Shown: one piece after another, positions 9,282 to 20,205 of the stretch
Numbering within the stretch: position 1 is the first letter of the stretch
Layout: every line of letters starts with the position of its first letter
From: Clostridiales bacterium
GTDB lineage: Bacteria; Bacillota; Clostridia; Lachnospirales; Lachnospiraceae
Assembly: GCA_012512855.1 (NCBI GenBank)
Contig: JAAZDK010000138.1
Span: 197-64,196, forward strand
Direction of reading: 5' to 3'
DNA: 64,000 nucleotides
Made by a program: the position numbers and the translations under genes
The notes under the pieces: model-generated
Seen by the model: only the letters and a program-made list of their open reading frames with translations
Database searches by the model: none
What the model was told of the DNA's origin: nothing

Positions 9282-9569
9282 CGGAGTTGGAATAATAATA
9301 AATATATAACATTATTATATAATATTAAATTTGATTAGAGATCTATAAAGATTCTGTTATAAACGAAACTAATGTAAAATTTTATAAGCATGATAAAATA
9401 TAGGTATCCTGAAGAATGATATCATCAGCCGGATACCTTTTTAATCAGTTATATCATAAAATTATAAAGCGAATGCATTGGATCGGGCTGTCGCGGCAAA
9501 ACAGGCTTTTATTGCTGCAACAGGAAGCTTTGGCTGTAGACGAAATAAATACAAGCGAGGAGGACAAGT

Positions 9570-9956
9570 ATGGAATTAGTAATGACGGTGCATGTTGTTT
9601 TATCTAAGAATACTTACTATGTAAAAGGAAAAGAAGTGGGCAAATGCATGCTTCCCTTTACCGGAACAGCAGATGGACCTTATTTTAATGGAGCTGTATT
9701 GGGAGAAGGAGTAGACACTCAGACGATTTACAATGATGGCAGGGTTCTCTTTTCAGCAAGATATATGCTTGAGGGTACCGATATGACCGGAAATAAGTGC
9801 AGTATATTTATCGAAAACAATGGAGAAAGCCTGGAAAAAATGACACCGACTATTGTAACAGACAGCGAAGCCCTGCAGTTTTTGGCTGAATCTGAGCTGA
9901 CCTCTGTAGTGACTCCGAATGATGTCGGTGTTGAGGTGAAAATTTATAAGAAATAA
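9570..9956 (+). CDS. DUF3237-like beta-barrel protein
   Basis: FTG..DGPYFNG.VL..GVDTQ...SARYMLEG.D...IFIENNG pattern; RBS gaggagg. Confidence 0.6.
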   Translation: MELVMTVHVVLSKNTYYVKGKEVGKCMLPFTGTADGPYFNGAVLGEGVDTQTIYNDGRVLFSARYMLEGTDMTGNKCSIFIENNGESLEKMTPTIVTDSEALQFLAESELTSVVTPNDVGVEVKIYKK

Positions 9957-10032
9957 TCGGAAATGAATAATCTGCCTGCCAGATATAAAGAGATAACAAT
10001 CAGAAATATATTAAAAGCTATATTAAAAACCT

Positions 10033-10101
10033 CGGCATAGTGCACCGACTCCCAAAAGTTAGACATAATTCTAACGATTGGAGGTCGGTACATCAATGCC
10101 G
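10033..10101. mobile_element. Long hairpin resembling IS3-family terminal inverted repeats with no transposase (IS scar or solo end)
   Basis: tgcaccgactcccaaaagttagac...tctaacgattggaggtcggtaca; ccaaaagttagac core recalled from IS150/IS861-group ends. Confidence 0.5.
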
Positions 10102-10147
10102 GAATTTATGCTTTTGTCAGGTGATGTATGGTTTGATTAGGACAGAA

Positions 10148-11581
10148 TTATTTCTTCCATGTGCCGGGTGTGAATAATAAAAGTACAGGGAAGATCTCAA
10201 GCCTGCCTGCCAGCATGTCAAACATCATTACAAATTTTGATAAAGCAGAGAATGAGCTGAAATTACCCAAAGGACCCACCTGTTCAAGACCGGGCCCGAT
10301 ATTATTTAAAGTGGCGGCGACAGCGGTAAAGCTGGATGTAAAATCAAAGTTGTCCAGGGCTACCAGTAAAACTGAAATAGCAAATATAAAAATATAGGAA
10401 ACAAAAAATACATTAGTGGATCTCAGTACCTCGTGTTCTATTTTTGCTCCGTTAAATTTCAATATCTTAACACTGCGCTTGTGCATCAGAAAAGATAATT
10501 CCTTGCCCAATGCCTTAAATAAAATCACTATTCGTGACACTTTGATGCTTCCGCAGGTACTGCCGGCACAGGCGCCTATAAACATGATGACAACAAGTAT
10601 GCTTTTTGAAAAGGTAGGCCAGCTGTTGAAATCCACTGTAGAAAAACCGGTAGTTGTAATAATGGATGATACCTGGAAAGCCGCATCATGCAGGGAGCTG
10701 AAAAATTTAGCCGGTCCGCCTATATTTAATGCAATCAATACTATCGAAGAAATGACAATAAGAATGTAAGCTCTTAGCTCTTCACTTTTTAATGCCAGCT
10801 TAAATTTGCGAAACAGCAGCAAATAGTAAATGTTAAAATTGACACCAAATAAGAACATAAATACGCCTATTATTATCTGGTTGAACACAGAATAGTCTGC
10901 AATGCTGGAATTTTTTATTGCAAAACCTCCTGTTCCCGCTGTGCTTAAGGATAATGTAATGGCATCAAAAAGAGGCATACGACCAATTAGCAGTAGGACG
11001 CATTGTAGCAAGGTAATGCCAAAATATATAATATATAAGGTTAAAGCTGTGGTTTTAAGCCTTGGCGTTAGCTTGGATATGGAGGGACCGGGACTTTCCG
11101 CCCTGAGTATATGCATTCCCTCGCCGCCTGTCATTGGCATAATTGCAAGAATAAACAACAGAATACCCATACCACCGATCCAGATTATAAAACATCTCCA
11201 GAAGAGCATACATTTAGGGAGAGCTTCAACATCTGACAATATGCTTGCTCCTGTGGTTGTGAAGCCTGATATGGTCTCAAACAATGCATCGACATATGAA
11301 GGAATCGCGCCGCTTATATAAAACGGCAGGGAACCCATAATACTAAGAATTAGCCAGCCTAATGCAACACTGATAATGCCTTCTCTTGAAAAGAAAAGCT
11401 TGCTTTTGGGCTTTTTTAGTATAAGGGGAATTCCGGCCAACAGGCATATTCCTATAGTAATTAAAAAGGCAAATCCGCTGTTTTCCTGATAAAGCGCAGC
11501 TACAATACATGGGAAGATCATTAGTGCAGCCTCAACTGTTAAGATCCATCCCAGTATATGTAGAATAATAGACTTGTTCAT
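10148..11581 (-). CDS. trkH: Trk potassium uptake membrane protein TrkH
   Basis: FETISGFTTTGAS, STAGTGGF, ITTTGF, GACAGST, NNIGPG, MLAGRLEI pore motifs. Confidence 0.96.
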   Translation of the reverse strand: MNKSIILHILGWILTVEAALMIFPCIVAALYQENSGFAFLITIGICLLAGIPLILKKPKSKLFFSREGIISVALGWLILSIMGSLPFYISGAIPSYVDALFETISGFTTTGASILSDVEALPKCMLFWRCFIIWIGGMGILLFILAIMPMTGGEGMHILRAESPGPSISKLTPRLKTTALTLYIIYFGITLLQCVLLLIGRMPLFDAITLSLSTAGTGGFAIKNSSIADYSVFNQIIIGVFMFLFGVNFNIYYLLLFRKFKLALKSEELRAYILIVISSIVLIALNIGGPAKFFSSLHDAAFQVSSIITTTGFSTVDFNSWPTFSKSILVVIMFIGACAGSTCGSIKVSRIVILFKALGKELSFLMHKRSVKILKFNGAKIEHEVLRSTNVFFVSYIFIFAISVLLVALDNFDFTSSFTAVAATLNNIGPGLEQVGPLGNFSSFSALSKFVMMFDMLAGRLEIFPVLLLFTPGTWKK

Positions 11582-11641
11582 ATTATTTTACCTTTCTTCT
11601 TATAACTTATAACAGCTGCAAGCTCATCTGCTGACTAGCTA

Positions 11642-12997
11642 TTAATCAAGAATATCATCCAGATCATCAAGTCCGGTGTTGGTGGTAACTATAACCACAG
11701 AATCTCCTTCCTTCAGGAAAACCTGACCGTTGGGAATAATTATTTTGTTGTTTCTGTATATGCAGCATATCAGCAGATTTTTCTTTAGCTTAAGCTTGTA
11801 CAGGGGAATATCAAGCAGCTTTGAATTGCTGCTGACATGAAATTCCAGGGCCTCAGCCTTGCCGTCAACAATCTTGTACAGGGTTTCCACGTTGCTGCCC
11901 TTGGGATTCTGCATAGCCCGTGCATGCTGTATGATACGGTCTGCTGTGATAAGCTTTGGTTTAACAATTATTCCAAGATCCATGTTTGAAACTATTTCAT
12001 CATAGGTCAGTCTGGTTATTTTAGTAAAAACCTTTGCTTTTGAATTTTTCCTGGCATATAGGGATAAAAGAATATTTTCCTCATCCAGATTAGTAAGCGA
12101 AATAAAAGCATCCATGTCTTTTATGCCTTCTTCGATAAGTACATTGTTGTCAGAAGCATTGGCATTTATAATCAAGGCTCCGGGAAATCGCTCGCTTAAT
12201 TGCTCACATCGCTCAAATAACTGTTCAATTATTTTGACCTTAATTCCCATTTCGATAAATCTTTCTGTAAGATAAACCGCTATATTGCCGCCGCCAACAA
12301 TCATTACATTTTTTACTGTTGATGTGCTTATTCCTATTTTATTAAAGAAATCCAGCGCATTTTTGGGTGTGGCTACAAAGGAGATCTTATCCTTTGCCTG
12401 AAGCACAAAGCTACCGGAGGGAATAAATACCTTATCTGCCCGTTCAACGGCACAAACCAGAACATTACAGTGCAATCTGGCAGGTATATTCATAATTTGC
12501 ATATTGTCAAGAACTGATCCGTCAGGTATCTGAATCTTAAGCAGCTCAACCTTGCCCTTGGCAAAAACATCTATCTTGCTGGCTGAAGGAAGTCTTGTTA
12601 GACGAATGATATCTTTGGCTGTTTCGAGTTCGGGATTAATAATCATGGACATCCCCAATTCCTTCTTAATAAAATCCAGCTCACTGTTATATTGGGGATT
12701 GCGTACTCTGGCTATTGTCTGGCAGTTGCCTGCCTTTTTTGCTATCAGGCAGCATAAAAGGTTAAGTTCATCTGAGTCTGTAACAGCAATCAGCAAATCA
12801 GCATCTTCTATTCCAGCTTCAAGCTGGGTGCTGTAGCTGGCCCCATTTCCTACAATGCCAAGTACATCGAGAGTATTGGATACGTTCTGGATAGCTGATG
12901 CTTTTGTATCAATTACGGTAATTTCATGACCTTCCTTGTCCAGTTGTTCGGCAAGGGCTGCACCAACCTTGCCGCATCCGACAATAATTATTTTCAT
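11642..12997 (-). CDS. trkA: Trk potassium uptake NAD-binding protein TrkA
   Basis: Two RCK units (IIIVGCGKVG; MIVGGGNIA), AVTDSDELN, DEENIL. Confidence 0.96.
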   Translation of the reverse strand: MKIIIVGCGKVGAALAEQLDKEGHEITVIDTKASAIQNVSNTLDVLGIVGNGASYSTQLEAGIEDADLLIAVTDSDELNLLCCLIAKKAGNCQTIARVRNPQYNSELDFIKKELGMSMIINPELETAKDIIRLTRLPSASKIDVFAKGKVELLKIQIPDGSVLDNMQIMNIPARLHCNVLVCAVERADKVFIPSGSFVLQAKDKISFVATPKNALDFFNKIGISTSTVKNVMIVGGGNIAVYLTERFIEMGIKVKIIEQLFERCEQLSERFPGALIINANASDNNVLIEEGIKDMDAFISLTNLDEENILLSLYARKNSKAKVFTKITRLTYDEIVSNMDLGIIVKPKLITADRIIQHARAMQNPKGSNVETLYKIVDGKAEALEFHVSSNSKLLDIPLYKLKLKKNLLICCIYRNNKIIIPNGQVFLKEGDSVVIVTTNTGLDDLDDILD

Positions 12998-13181
12998 GCT
13001 TTAATCATTCCTCAACTTTCTTAAGAAAATACAAAATTATGCCAAAACAGCAAATTGAAATATTACATATCTATGATTATGATATTATAGCACTTTGTTT
13101 GTGATTTATCATTAAATAAAAATTAAAATCCTGTTATTTACAGATGGAACTAAACAGGCGAATACTCAAGTTACATAGAAA

Positions 13182-13217
13182 ATGTCTAATTATTGCTTAT
13201 TGACATGTCTAATTATT
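13182..13217 (+). promoter_or_regulatory. 13-bp direct repeat flanking a TTGACA hexamer upstream of GH3 (candidate regulator site)
   Basis: atgtctaattatt at 13182-13194 and 13205-13217; ttgaca at 13200-13205. Confidence 0.45.
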
Positions 13218-13337
13218 ATGTTGATGTTTTTGCTAGTATTCTATATATTTATTATTGTCAGACTAAGCATATAAAACCAAAGTGCTTATGAGTATTGGGA
13301 TAGAGCATGCTGGATAAATGAAAGGATGGAATAGTAA

Positions 13338-16082
13338 ATGGTGCATAAACTGGATTGGGAGAAATATCTCAGAACGGCTGTAAAGGCAAATGCCGAAGGA
13401 ATGGTGCTTTTGTCCAATAAAAACAAGACTCTGCCGCTTCAAGCCGGCAGTAAGGTGGCTGTTTTTGGAAGAATGCAGAATCATTACTATAAAAGCGGAA
13501 CCGGTTCGGGAGGCATGGTTAATGTCACCAGGGTTACCGGTATTCTGGATGGCTTGCTGGAATGCAAGGATATCAGTGTGAATAAGGATTTAATTGATGC
13601 TTATGCTGATTGGGAAAAGGAGCATCCCTTTGACAGAGGTATAGGCTGGGGTAATGAACCCTGGTCACAGGAGGAAATGCCCTTGTCCGATGAGCTGGTG
13701 CATAAAGCTGCTAAGGAAAGCGATATTGCAATAGTTATCATTGCCAGAACGGCAGGTGAGGACAGGGACAGTAGTAACGAGCCAGGCTCATATTTGCTTA
13801 CCGAGATTGAAGAGGATATGCTGAGCAAGGTCAGGAGCGCCTTTGGCAGGCTTATTGTACTCTTGAATGTCGGCAATATAATTGATATGAGCTTTGTTGA
13901 CAGATATAATCTGGATGCGGTGCTTTATGTATGGCAGGGAGGCATGACCGGTGGTACAGCCGTTGCGGAGGTGTTGACAGGAAAAGCATATCCTTCCGGA
14001 AAGCTTACGGATACAATTGCATATTCTATTAAGGATTATCCCTCCCATGGCAATTTTGGCGACCTGGAAAGAAATCTTTATGCTGAGGATATATATGTAG
14101 GCTACAGATATTTTGAAACTGTGGCAAAGGATAAGGTTAGATACCCATTTGGCTTTGGTTTGTCCTATACAGATTTTGAAATTAAGGTAACGGATTTTAA
14201 TAAGGATGATGAGTATATCAGCCTGGAGGTAGCTGTTAAAAATATCGGTGACTTCAGGGGTAAGGAAGTAGTCCAGATTTATTATGAGGCGCCCCAGGGA
14301 CTACTTGGCAAGCCGGCCAGAAGCCTGGCGGCATTTGCCAAAACAAAGGAGCTGCAGCCTGATGAGTCACAGGCCATTAAGCTTATGATAAAGCTTTCAG
14401 ATATGGCTTCTTATGATGATTCAGGAATCACAGGCTACAAGTCCTGCTATCTGCTGGAGGCAGGCGAATATAAGATCTATGTCGGCGGAAACGTTCGGGA
14501 TGCGCGCCTGGCAGGAAGCTTTGAGCTTACTGAAAGTATAGTGACTGAAAGGCTATCTGAAGCTATGGCACCGGTTATCCCATTTAAGAGAATGAAGCCG
14601 GTTTTAGCTGCAGAAGGTAATTACTCAATTGATTATGAAGATGTGCCGACAGCAACTATTGACACAAATGAGCGCAGAAGGGCACAGCTTCCTGAAGAAA
14701 TTGCATATACAGCTGATAAGGGCATAAAGCTGATTGATGTTAAGGAAGGCAAGGCCTCCATGAAGGATTTTATAGCCCAATTATCAGATTTTGATTTAGC
14801 CTGTATTGTCAGAGGCGAAGGAATGGGCAGCCCCAAGGTAACAGCCGGTACGGCATCTGCCTTTGGCGGGGTGACGGACAGTCTTAAGGCTTTTGGAATT
14901 CCCATCGGCTGCTGTGCTGACGGACCCAGCGGAATCCGTATGGACAGCGGAGCCAAGGCCTTCAGCCTTCCCTGCGGTACTTTGCTAGCCTGCACATTTA
15001 ATGAGGAGCTGGTGGAGGACTTATACAGCTATACCGGACTTGAGCTGGTAAAGAATAAAATAGACAGCCTGCTGGGTCCGGGTATGAATATCCACAGGCA
15101 TCCACTTAACGGCAGAAACTTTGAATATTTCTCGGAGGATCCTCTTGTTACAGGCAGGATAGGAGCGGCAATGCTCAGGGGCTTAAACAGCGCCGGAGTA
15201 ACAGGTACCATGAAGCATTTCTGCGCCAACAACCAGGAGACCAAGCGTCATGAAGCGGATTCGGTGGTATCCGAACGTGCCCTCAGGGAAATATATCTGA
15301 AGGGCTTTGAAATAGCAGTAAGAAGCGGTGAGGCAAAATCGGTTATGACCACCTATGGTCCGGTAAATGGTATCTGGACGGCCGGACATTATGATTTGAA
15401 TACTCAGATACTTCGTAATGAATGGGGATACAAAGGAATTGTCATGACCGACTGGTGGGCCTGCATTAATGAAAGGGGCAAGCCTGCAGACAGAATAAAT
15501 CTTGCTGCCATGGCAAGGGCACAAAATGATCTTTACATGGTGGTGCCTGATGCCTCAAGCTATGAAGACAATATTCTTAAGTCCCTTGATGAGGGAACAC
15601 TAAGCAGGGCTGAGCTGCAGAGAAATGCCATGAATATTTGCAGCTTTCTGATGGATACCCATGCCATGGAGAGATTAAACGGCATAAATGTCGTGGTAGA
15701 AATAGTAAATGCGCCCAGGGAAGAGGAGGAGCGGCTTAACGAAGAGATACCCTGCTATACTATGGATGATTCACTTGAGATCCCTGTGGAAAATATTAAT
15801 ACTGGCAAGGATTCCGATTATATCTTTGTTTTGACAGCCAACAAGGAAGGATTTTGCTGTGTTGATATATGCGCAAGCTCTGATTTAAGTGAACTGGCAC
15901 AGATTCCAGTTACGATTTATGTCGGAAGTGTACCCCATGCGGTGATAACCTGGAACGGAAGCAGCGGTCAGTGGTTAAGCAAATCAGCAAGGTTTTATCT
16001 CTGCAAGGGAGGAAATACTGTTAAGCTGCATTTCGGACAAAGCGGCCTTTGCCTGAAAAGCATAAGATTTCAAATGGATTAA
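13338..16082 (+). CDS. GH3 beta-glucosidase, reversed domain order (C-domain, Fn3, then TIM barrel)
   Basis: EGMVLL.N, SGTGSG, GEDRD, PSGKL, EDIYVGYRYF precede ADGPSG, GRNFEYFSEDP, KHF and VMTDWW (nucleophile); no signal peptide. Confidence 0.93.
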   Translation: MVHKLDWEKYLRTAVKANAEGMVLLSNKNKTLPLQAGSKVAVFGRMQNHYYKSGTGSGGMVNVTRVTGILDGLLECKDISVNKDLIDAYADWEKEHPFDRGIGWGNEPWSQEEMPLSDELVHKAAKESDIAIVIIARTAGEDRDSSNEPGSYLLTEIEEDMLSKVRSAFGRLIVLLNVGNIIDMSFVDRYNLDAVLYVWQGGMTGGTAVAEVLTGKAYPSGKLTDTIAYSIKDYPSHGNFGDLERNLYAEDIYVGYRYFETVAKDKVRYPFGFGLSYTDFEIKVTDFNKDDEYISLEVAVKNIGDFRGKEVVQIYYEAPQGLLGKPARSLAAFAKTKELQPDESQAIKLMIKLSDMASYDDSGITGYKSCYLLEAGEYKIYVGGNVRDARLAGSFELTESIVTERLSEAMAPVIPFKRMKPVLAAEGNYSIDYEDVPTATIDTNERRRAQLPEEIAYTADKGIKLIDVKEGKASMKDFIAQLSDFDLACIVRGEGMGSPKVTAGTASAFGGVTDSLKAFGIPIGCCADGPSGIRMDSGAKAFSLPCGTLLACTFNEELVEDLYSYTGLELVKNKIDSLLGPGMNIHRHPLNGRNFEYFSEDPLVTGRIGAAMLRGLNSAGVTGTMKHFCANNQETKRHEADSVVSERALREIYLKGFEIAVRSGEAKSVMTTYGPVNGIWTAGHYDLNTQILRNEWGYKGIVMTDWWACINERGKPADRINLAAMARAQNDLYMVVPDASSYEDNILKSLDEGTLSRAELQRNAMNICSFLMDTHAMERLNGINVVVEIVNAPREEEERLNEEIPCYTMDDSLEIPVENINTGKDSDYIFVLTANKEGFCCVDICASSDLSELAQIPVTIYVGSVPHAVITWNGSSGQWLSKSARFYLCKGGNTVKLHFGQSGLCLKSIRFQMD

Positions 16083-16121
16083 TAGGTGTTATAAATGGTA
16101 TAAAATGATATTTGATTAATT

Positions 16122-16175
16122 AAAAGTGCACCTGAAGCCGGATTGAATATATCTGGCTGCTAAGGTGCACTTTTT
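16122..16175. terminator. Bidirectional intrinsic terminator
   Basis: aaaagtgcacct...aggtgcactttt. Confidence 0.75.
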
Positions 16176-16178
16176 AGC

Positions 16179-16217
16179 GGTTGACTGCAAAAGCAATCTA
16201 TTGATTGCTTTGGGCAG
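16179..16217. repeat. GGTTGACTGC hairpin repeat, copy 1
   Basis: ggttgactgcaaaagcaatctattgattgctttgggcag; 38/39 identical to 53461-53499. Confidence 0.85.
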
Positions 16218-16232
16218 ATAATCCGGTTGGAT

Positions 16233-18017
16233 TTATGTATACCACTGGGCCTGGGCATTATACATCCGGGCATAATAACCGTTTTTCCTCATCAGCTCCT
16301 TATGTGAGCCATCCTCCACGATCCGGCCGTCCGCAAATACCAGAATACGATCTACAATAGAGGCAATTCCAAGCCGGTGGGAGATGAGAATGGTTGTCTT
16401 GCCTTCAGTCAGGGAGGCAAAGTTACGATAAAGCTGAGCTTCTGCCATCGGATCTAGGGCGGCGGTGGGTTCGTCAAGAATCATTATCCTGGCTTTGCTT
16501 CTGTAGGCCGCCCGGGCAATTGAAATTTTTTGCCATTGGCCTCCTGACAGATTATTAGCCTTCTCTGAGAAGGAACCAACCAGCTCATCCAGTCCGTTTT
16601 TTTGCTCATTTACAATATCATCCACCTTGATTTTTCGCAAAAGCTCCATAATCTCATCATCTGAAGCCTTGCGTTCTGTGTCTGATACGGTGATGTTGTC
16701 CCTGATGCTTGCTTCATAGCGGGCAAAATCCTGGAAAACCACCGATATGGCATTTCGTACAGCACTCAGATTGGATTTAACATCCTTCCCTCCAAGCCTG
16801 ATACTGCCTTCAGTAGGGTCATACATGCCGCACAAGAGATTGATAAAGGTGGATTTGCCACTGCCGTTCTCACCCACAACCGCTATTTTTTCGCCTTTCC
16901 TTATAGTGACATTGATATCCTTAAGAGCAGGACTGTCTGTGTTGGGGTATGTGAAGCTGACATTTTCGAATTCAATATTTCCATCCAGGGCTTCCGTCTG
17001 CCCGTTATGCCCGGTCTCCCGCTCAATACTGTCAAGATAGAAAAACTCCTGCAAATAGGGGATGCCTTTTACTGTAGTCATGGTAAGGATAAAACAGCTT
17101 CCGCATACCTCCTGCAGTTGTCCTGAGAGCGAATATACAAGTGTAAAGCTGCCAAGGCCAAGGGCAGGGTTATTATATATGGATCGGGCTGCCAGAAGTA
17201 AAACTACCAGATATACTGCGCTTCACAGGAAGTCTGCAGCCGTATTGTATCTGAGATGTCTGGCCATCAGCCTGTTTTTCTTTTTCAGATATTCATCCGC
17301 AATGCTTCGCCAGCGCTTTTTCAGATAATCAAACAAACCGTAATGGCGTATTTCCTGCAGGCCGTCATAGGAGTAACCTGCTGCTCCTATCATGTTGTAA
17401 TAATGAACTGCCAGGGAGCCTTCCTCTATCCACTTTGTCTTTTCACGGAAGGACTGATCCTCCTGTACATAGGACAGGATTGCCCCCGGTATGCTGGTGG
17501 CGACAATAATTAGTACCAGGTAGGGATTAAAGCTCCAGAGGGTATAGGCAACAGCGGCAAAGTAAAAGAGCTCCTGCAATATATTGACGATATTGTTTAT
17601 GCTGCCCGCCATTCGATAACCGGAATATTCATTGATAAAGGAAATGCGTTTGTGGAAGTCATCATAATTGTCTATATATTTGTATCTGGCTTCACATTTG
17701 TGCTTTAGTATGGTCCTGTTGATATAACGCCTTATATTCATATCACTTTTTATATAGCCATGACTTTCTATTATGGAAAAGATCATTTGAACTATATACA
17801 GGGCCGCTATGGTTAACATTATTTTAAGTGACGGCAGAGGACTTCCACTCCCGGCGCTTAAAGCCTGGATGGAATCTGTCAGGGCCTGTAGCTGCTTTGC
17901 TGAAATTATAGGAAGAAGGACCGCAGCAAATCCCAGCAGACGTATAATTAAAACCGGTATTCCCTGAACTCTTATGCTTAATTTCAGTGCCCGCCATAAT
18001 GTTTTCAGCTTGTCCAT
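16233..18017 (-). pseudogene. ABC exporter (TMD+NBD) interrupted by one in-frame TGA at 17225-17223
   Basis: ORFs 17223..18017 and 16233..17081 share a frame; reads ...TAADFL*SAVYLVVLLLAARS...ILTMTTVKG; GENGSGKS, LSGGQWQK, ILDEPT intact. Confidence 0.85.
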
Positions 18018-18610
18018 TATTCGTCACCTTCCTTCTGTGTGTACCAAAGCGCCTGCTCCTTGTAAAAGCCTGCGTATATGCCATCCAGCGCCATCAGCTC
18101 ATCATGTGTACCGCTTTCAACCAGCCTGCCCTTATCCAGCACCAGTATCCGGTCAGCAAGCCTGGCAAAGCCGACTCGGTGGCTGATAAGGATGGCGGTG
18201 CGGCCTTCTATTTTTTGCTTAATTGCGTAAAACTGCTTCATTTCAGCTATAGGATCAAGGGCTGCCGCAGGTTCGTCAAAAATCAGGATCTCCTTGTCGC
18301 TCATATGGGCTCTTGAGACAGCCAGTCTCTGTTTTTCTCCGCCTGACAGGATGGCTCCGTCTTTTTTGACATTACGATTTAACCATTGCTCAAGACCGTT
18401 GGGAAAACGCTCCGGAAGCTTATCCGCTCCGCCTTTTTCCAGGGCAAGCTTTATGCGTTCCGTATTGTTCAGATTTTTCAGGTCGCCAAAGCCTACATTT
18501 TCCCGCAGGGTTGCATGGAATATGTAAAAATCCTGAAAGAATATTCCTATTCTTTTTATCAGTGAGCCCCTAAGCCTTTTGTCGTAGGGCTTGCCATAAT
18601 AGTAAGTTGA
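18017..18610 (-). pseudogene. 5'-truncated ABC exporter (C-terminal half of NBD only)
   Basis: Frame extends upstream of the listed ORF: IGIFFQDF...LRENVGFGD...LSGGEKQRLAVSRA...IFDEPAAALD; Walker A and TMD absent; stop near 18612. Confidence 0.8.
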
Positions 18611-18981
18611 TTATTGCCTATACTCTTGCCTGTTTGTGTTCTGGAAAATTGGACATAAGCTTCATATGAGGCAGTTCGTGATAATCTTTCACATACCAAC
18701 ATTATACATCAATAATAAATATCTACAATATGTCTATGATTGAATATAAATAATCTCAAAAAACTTATGCTTGGAATAATAAGTGTAGTGGTTGGATAAA
18801 TCAGTATAATGAGTGAAGAAATATCTAAAGCACCTATAAATGATCTGGCTGATCTGTAAGCTGGTTTTACAGCAAATAGTAGTAAATTTAAAATATTATA
18901 ATAGAAAATTATTGCTTGATAATTGAAATGAATTAGGCTAAAATAATATTATATATTAAAATAGCCTTAGGAGATGGTTTT

Positions 18982-20205
18982 TTGTATATATATAGGCATG
19001 CAGAGGATGCAATAAAAAAGCTTGAAAGCATGTTTGGGGCGGTTCTGGTTAGCGGCCCCCGTCAGGTGGGGAAAACCACTATGCTGAAGCAGATAGCAAA
19101 GCATGCGACATATGTTACTCTTGATGATCCTCTTATGCTCGTATCTGCTGTAGAGCAAAGCGCCACCTTTTTCAAGGACAACCCACCGCCGGTATTCATT
19201 GATGAGATTCTATATGCTCCAAATCTTTTTCCTTATATAAAAATGCATATTGATCAGGCAGGTAAAAAGGGGCAGTTTTACATGTCAGGCTCACAGCAAT
19301 TTGCTGTAATGAAAAACGTAAGCGAATCCCTGGCAGGACGACTGGGCTTGTTGACCCTGCTAGGCCTGTCTATGAGAGAAAAGCAGGAGATTAATTTTAC
19401 GGAATCCTTTATTCCGACAGAGGGTTATTTCAACAAGCGTAAGAGATTCTGTAAGGAATTATCCTATGATGAAGTCTGGGAGAATATACATCGTGGCAGC
19501 ATGCCTGAGCTTTTTATAAACAGGGATTATGACTGGCAGATGTATTATGGGGCATATGTCAAGACCTACATTGAACGGGATGTTCGGGAACTGACCCAGG
19601 TTGCTGATGAAGTGAAATTTCTGCAGTTTATGACTGTCGCAGCAGGCAATACCGGGCAGCTTCTTAATCTTGCATCCATAGCAAGAGATGTGGGTATCAG
19701 CCAGCCGACCGCCGAGCGATGGATGAGCATTCTTGTAAGCTCAAATATTGTTTATTTGCTAAGGCCGTATGCTAACAATATAGCAAAAAGAACAGTCAAA
19801 ACACCGAAGCTGTATTTTCTTGATACAGGCTTATGCGCCTACCTAACAAGGTGGAATACACCACAGGTACTTAAAAATGGCGCGATGGCAGGCGCATTTT
19901 TTGAAAGCTTTGTAATATCGGAAATAATAAAAAGCTACTATAACAAAGGAATTCTGGAGCCACCGCTGTATTTTTACAGGGATAAGAACATGAATGAGAT
20001 TGATTTGCTGATAGAAGAAAATGGCAGCCTGCATCCGGTTGAAATCAAGAAGCATGCTGATCCACAAAAAAAGGATATAGCTGCCTTTGCTTTGCTTGAT
20101 AAAATCCCATCCATTGTGCGGGGAGAGGGCGGAGTTATCTGTATGTATGACAGGCTTGTAAGCTTAACGGATAGAGAAAGGGTGATACCGGTTAATTATC
20201 TGTAA
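18982..20205 (+). CDS. AAA+ ATPase, AAA_14/DUF4143 family
   Basis: GPRQVGKTT, FIDE, SGSQ, ESLAGR, TYIERD, KTPKLYFLDTG, EIDLL...VEIK. Confidence 0.9.
   Translation: MYIYRHAEDAIKKLESMFGAVLVSGPRQVGKTTMLKQIAKHATYVTLDDPLMLVSAVEQSATFFKDNPPPVFIDEILYAPNLFPYIKMHIDQAGKKGQFYMSGSQQFAVMKNVSESLAGRLGLLTLLGLSMREKQEINFTESFIPTEGYFNKRKRFCKELSYDEVWENIHRGSMPELFINRDYDWQMYYGAYVKTYIERDVRELTQVADEVKFLQFMTVAAGNTGQLLNLASIARDVGISQPTAERWMSILVSSNIVYLLRPYANNIAKRTVKTPKLYFLDTGLCAYLTRWNTPQVLKNGAMAGAFFESFVISEIIKSYYNKGILEPPLYFYRDKNMNEIDLLIEENGSLHPVEIKKHADPQKKDIAAFALLDKIPSIVRGEGGVICMYDRLVSLTDRERVIPVNYL

Noticed and set aside
9416-9607. 63-aa ORF overlapping the DUF3237-like gene
   Set aside because: No RBS or motif; overlaps the better-supported gene start
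12998-13180. c-di-AMP (ydaO) riboswitch upstream of trkA
   Set aside because: Region is AT-rich and lacks the conserved GCUGAAUCC/GGAGGAACC elements
17223-17225. Selenocysteine or programmed readthrough of the in-frame TGA
   Set aside because: Position is not a catalytic Cys site, the partner gene is also broken, and a CGA-to-TGA change is simpler
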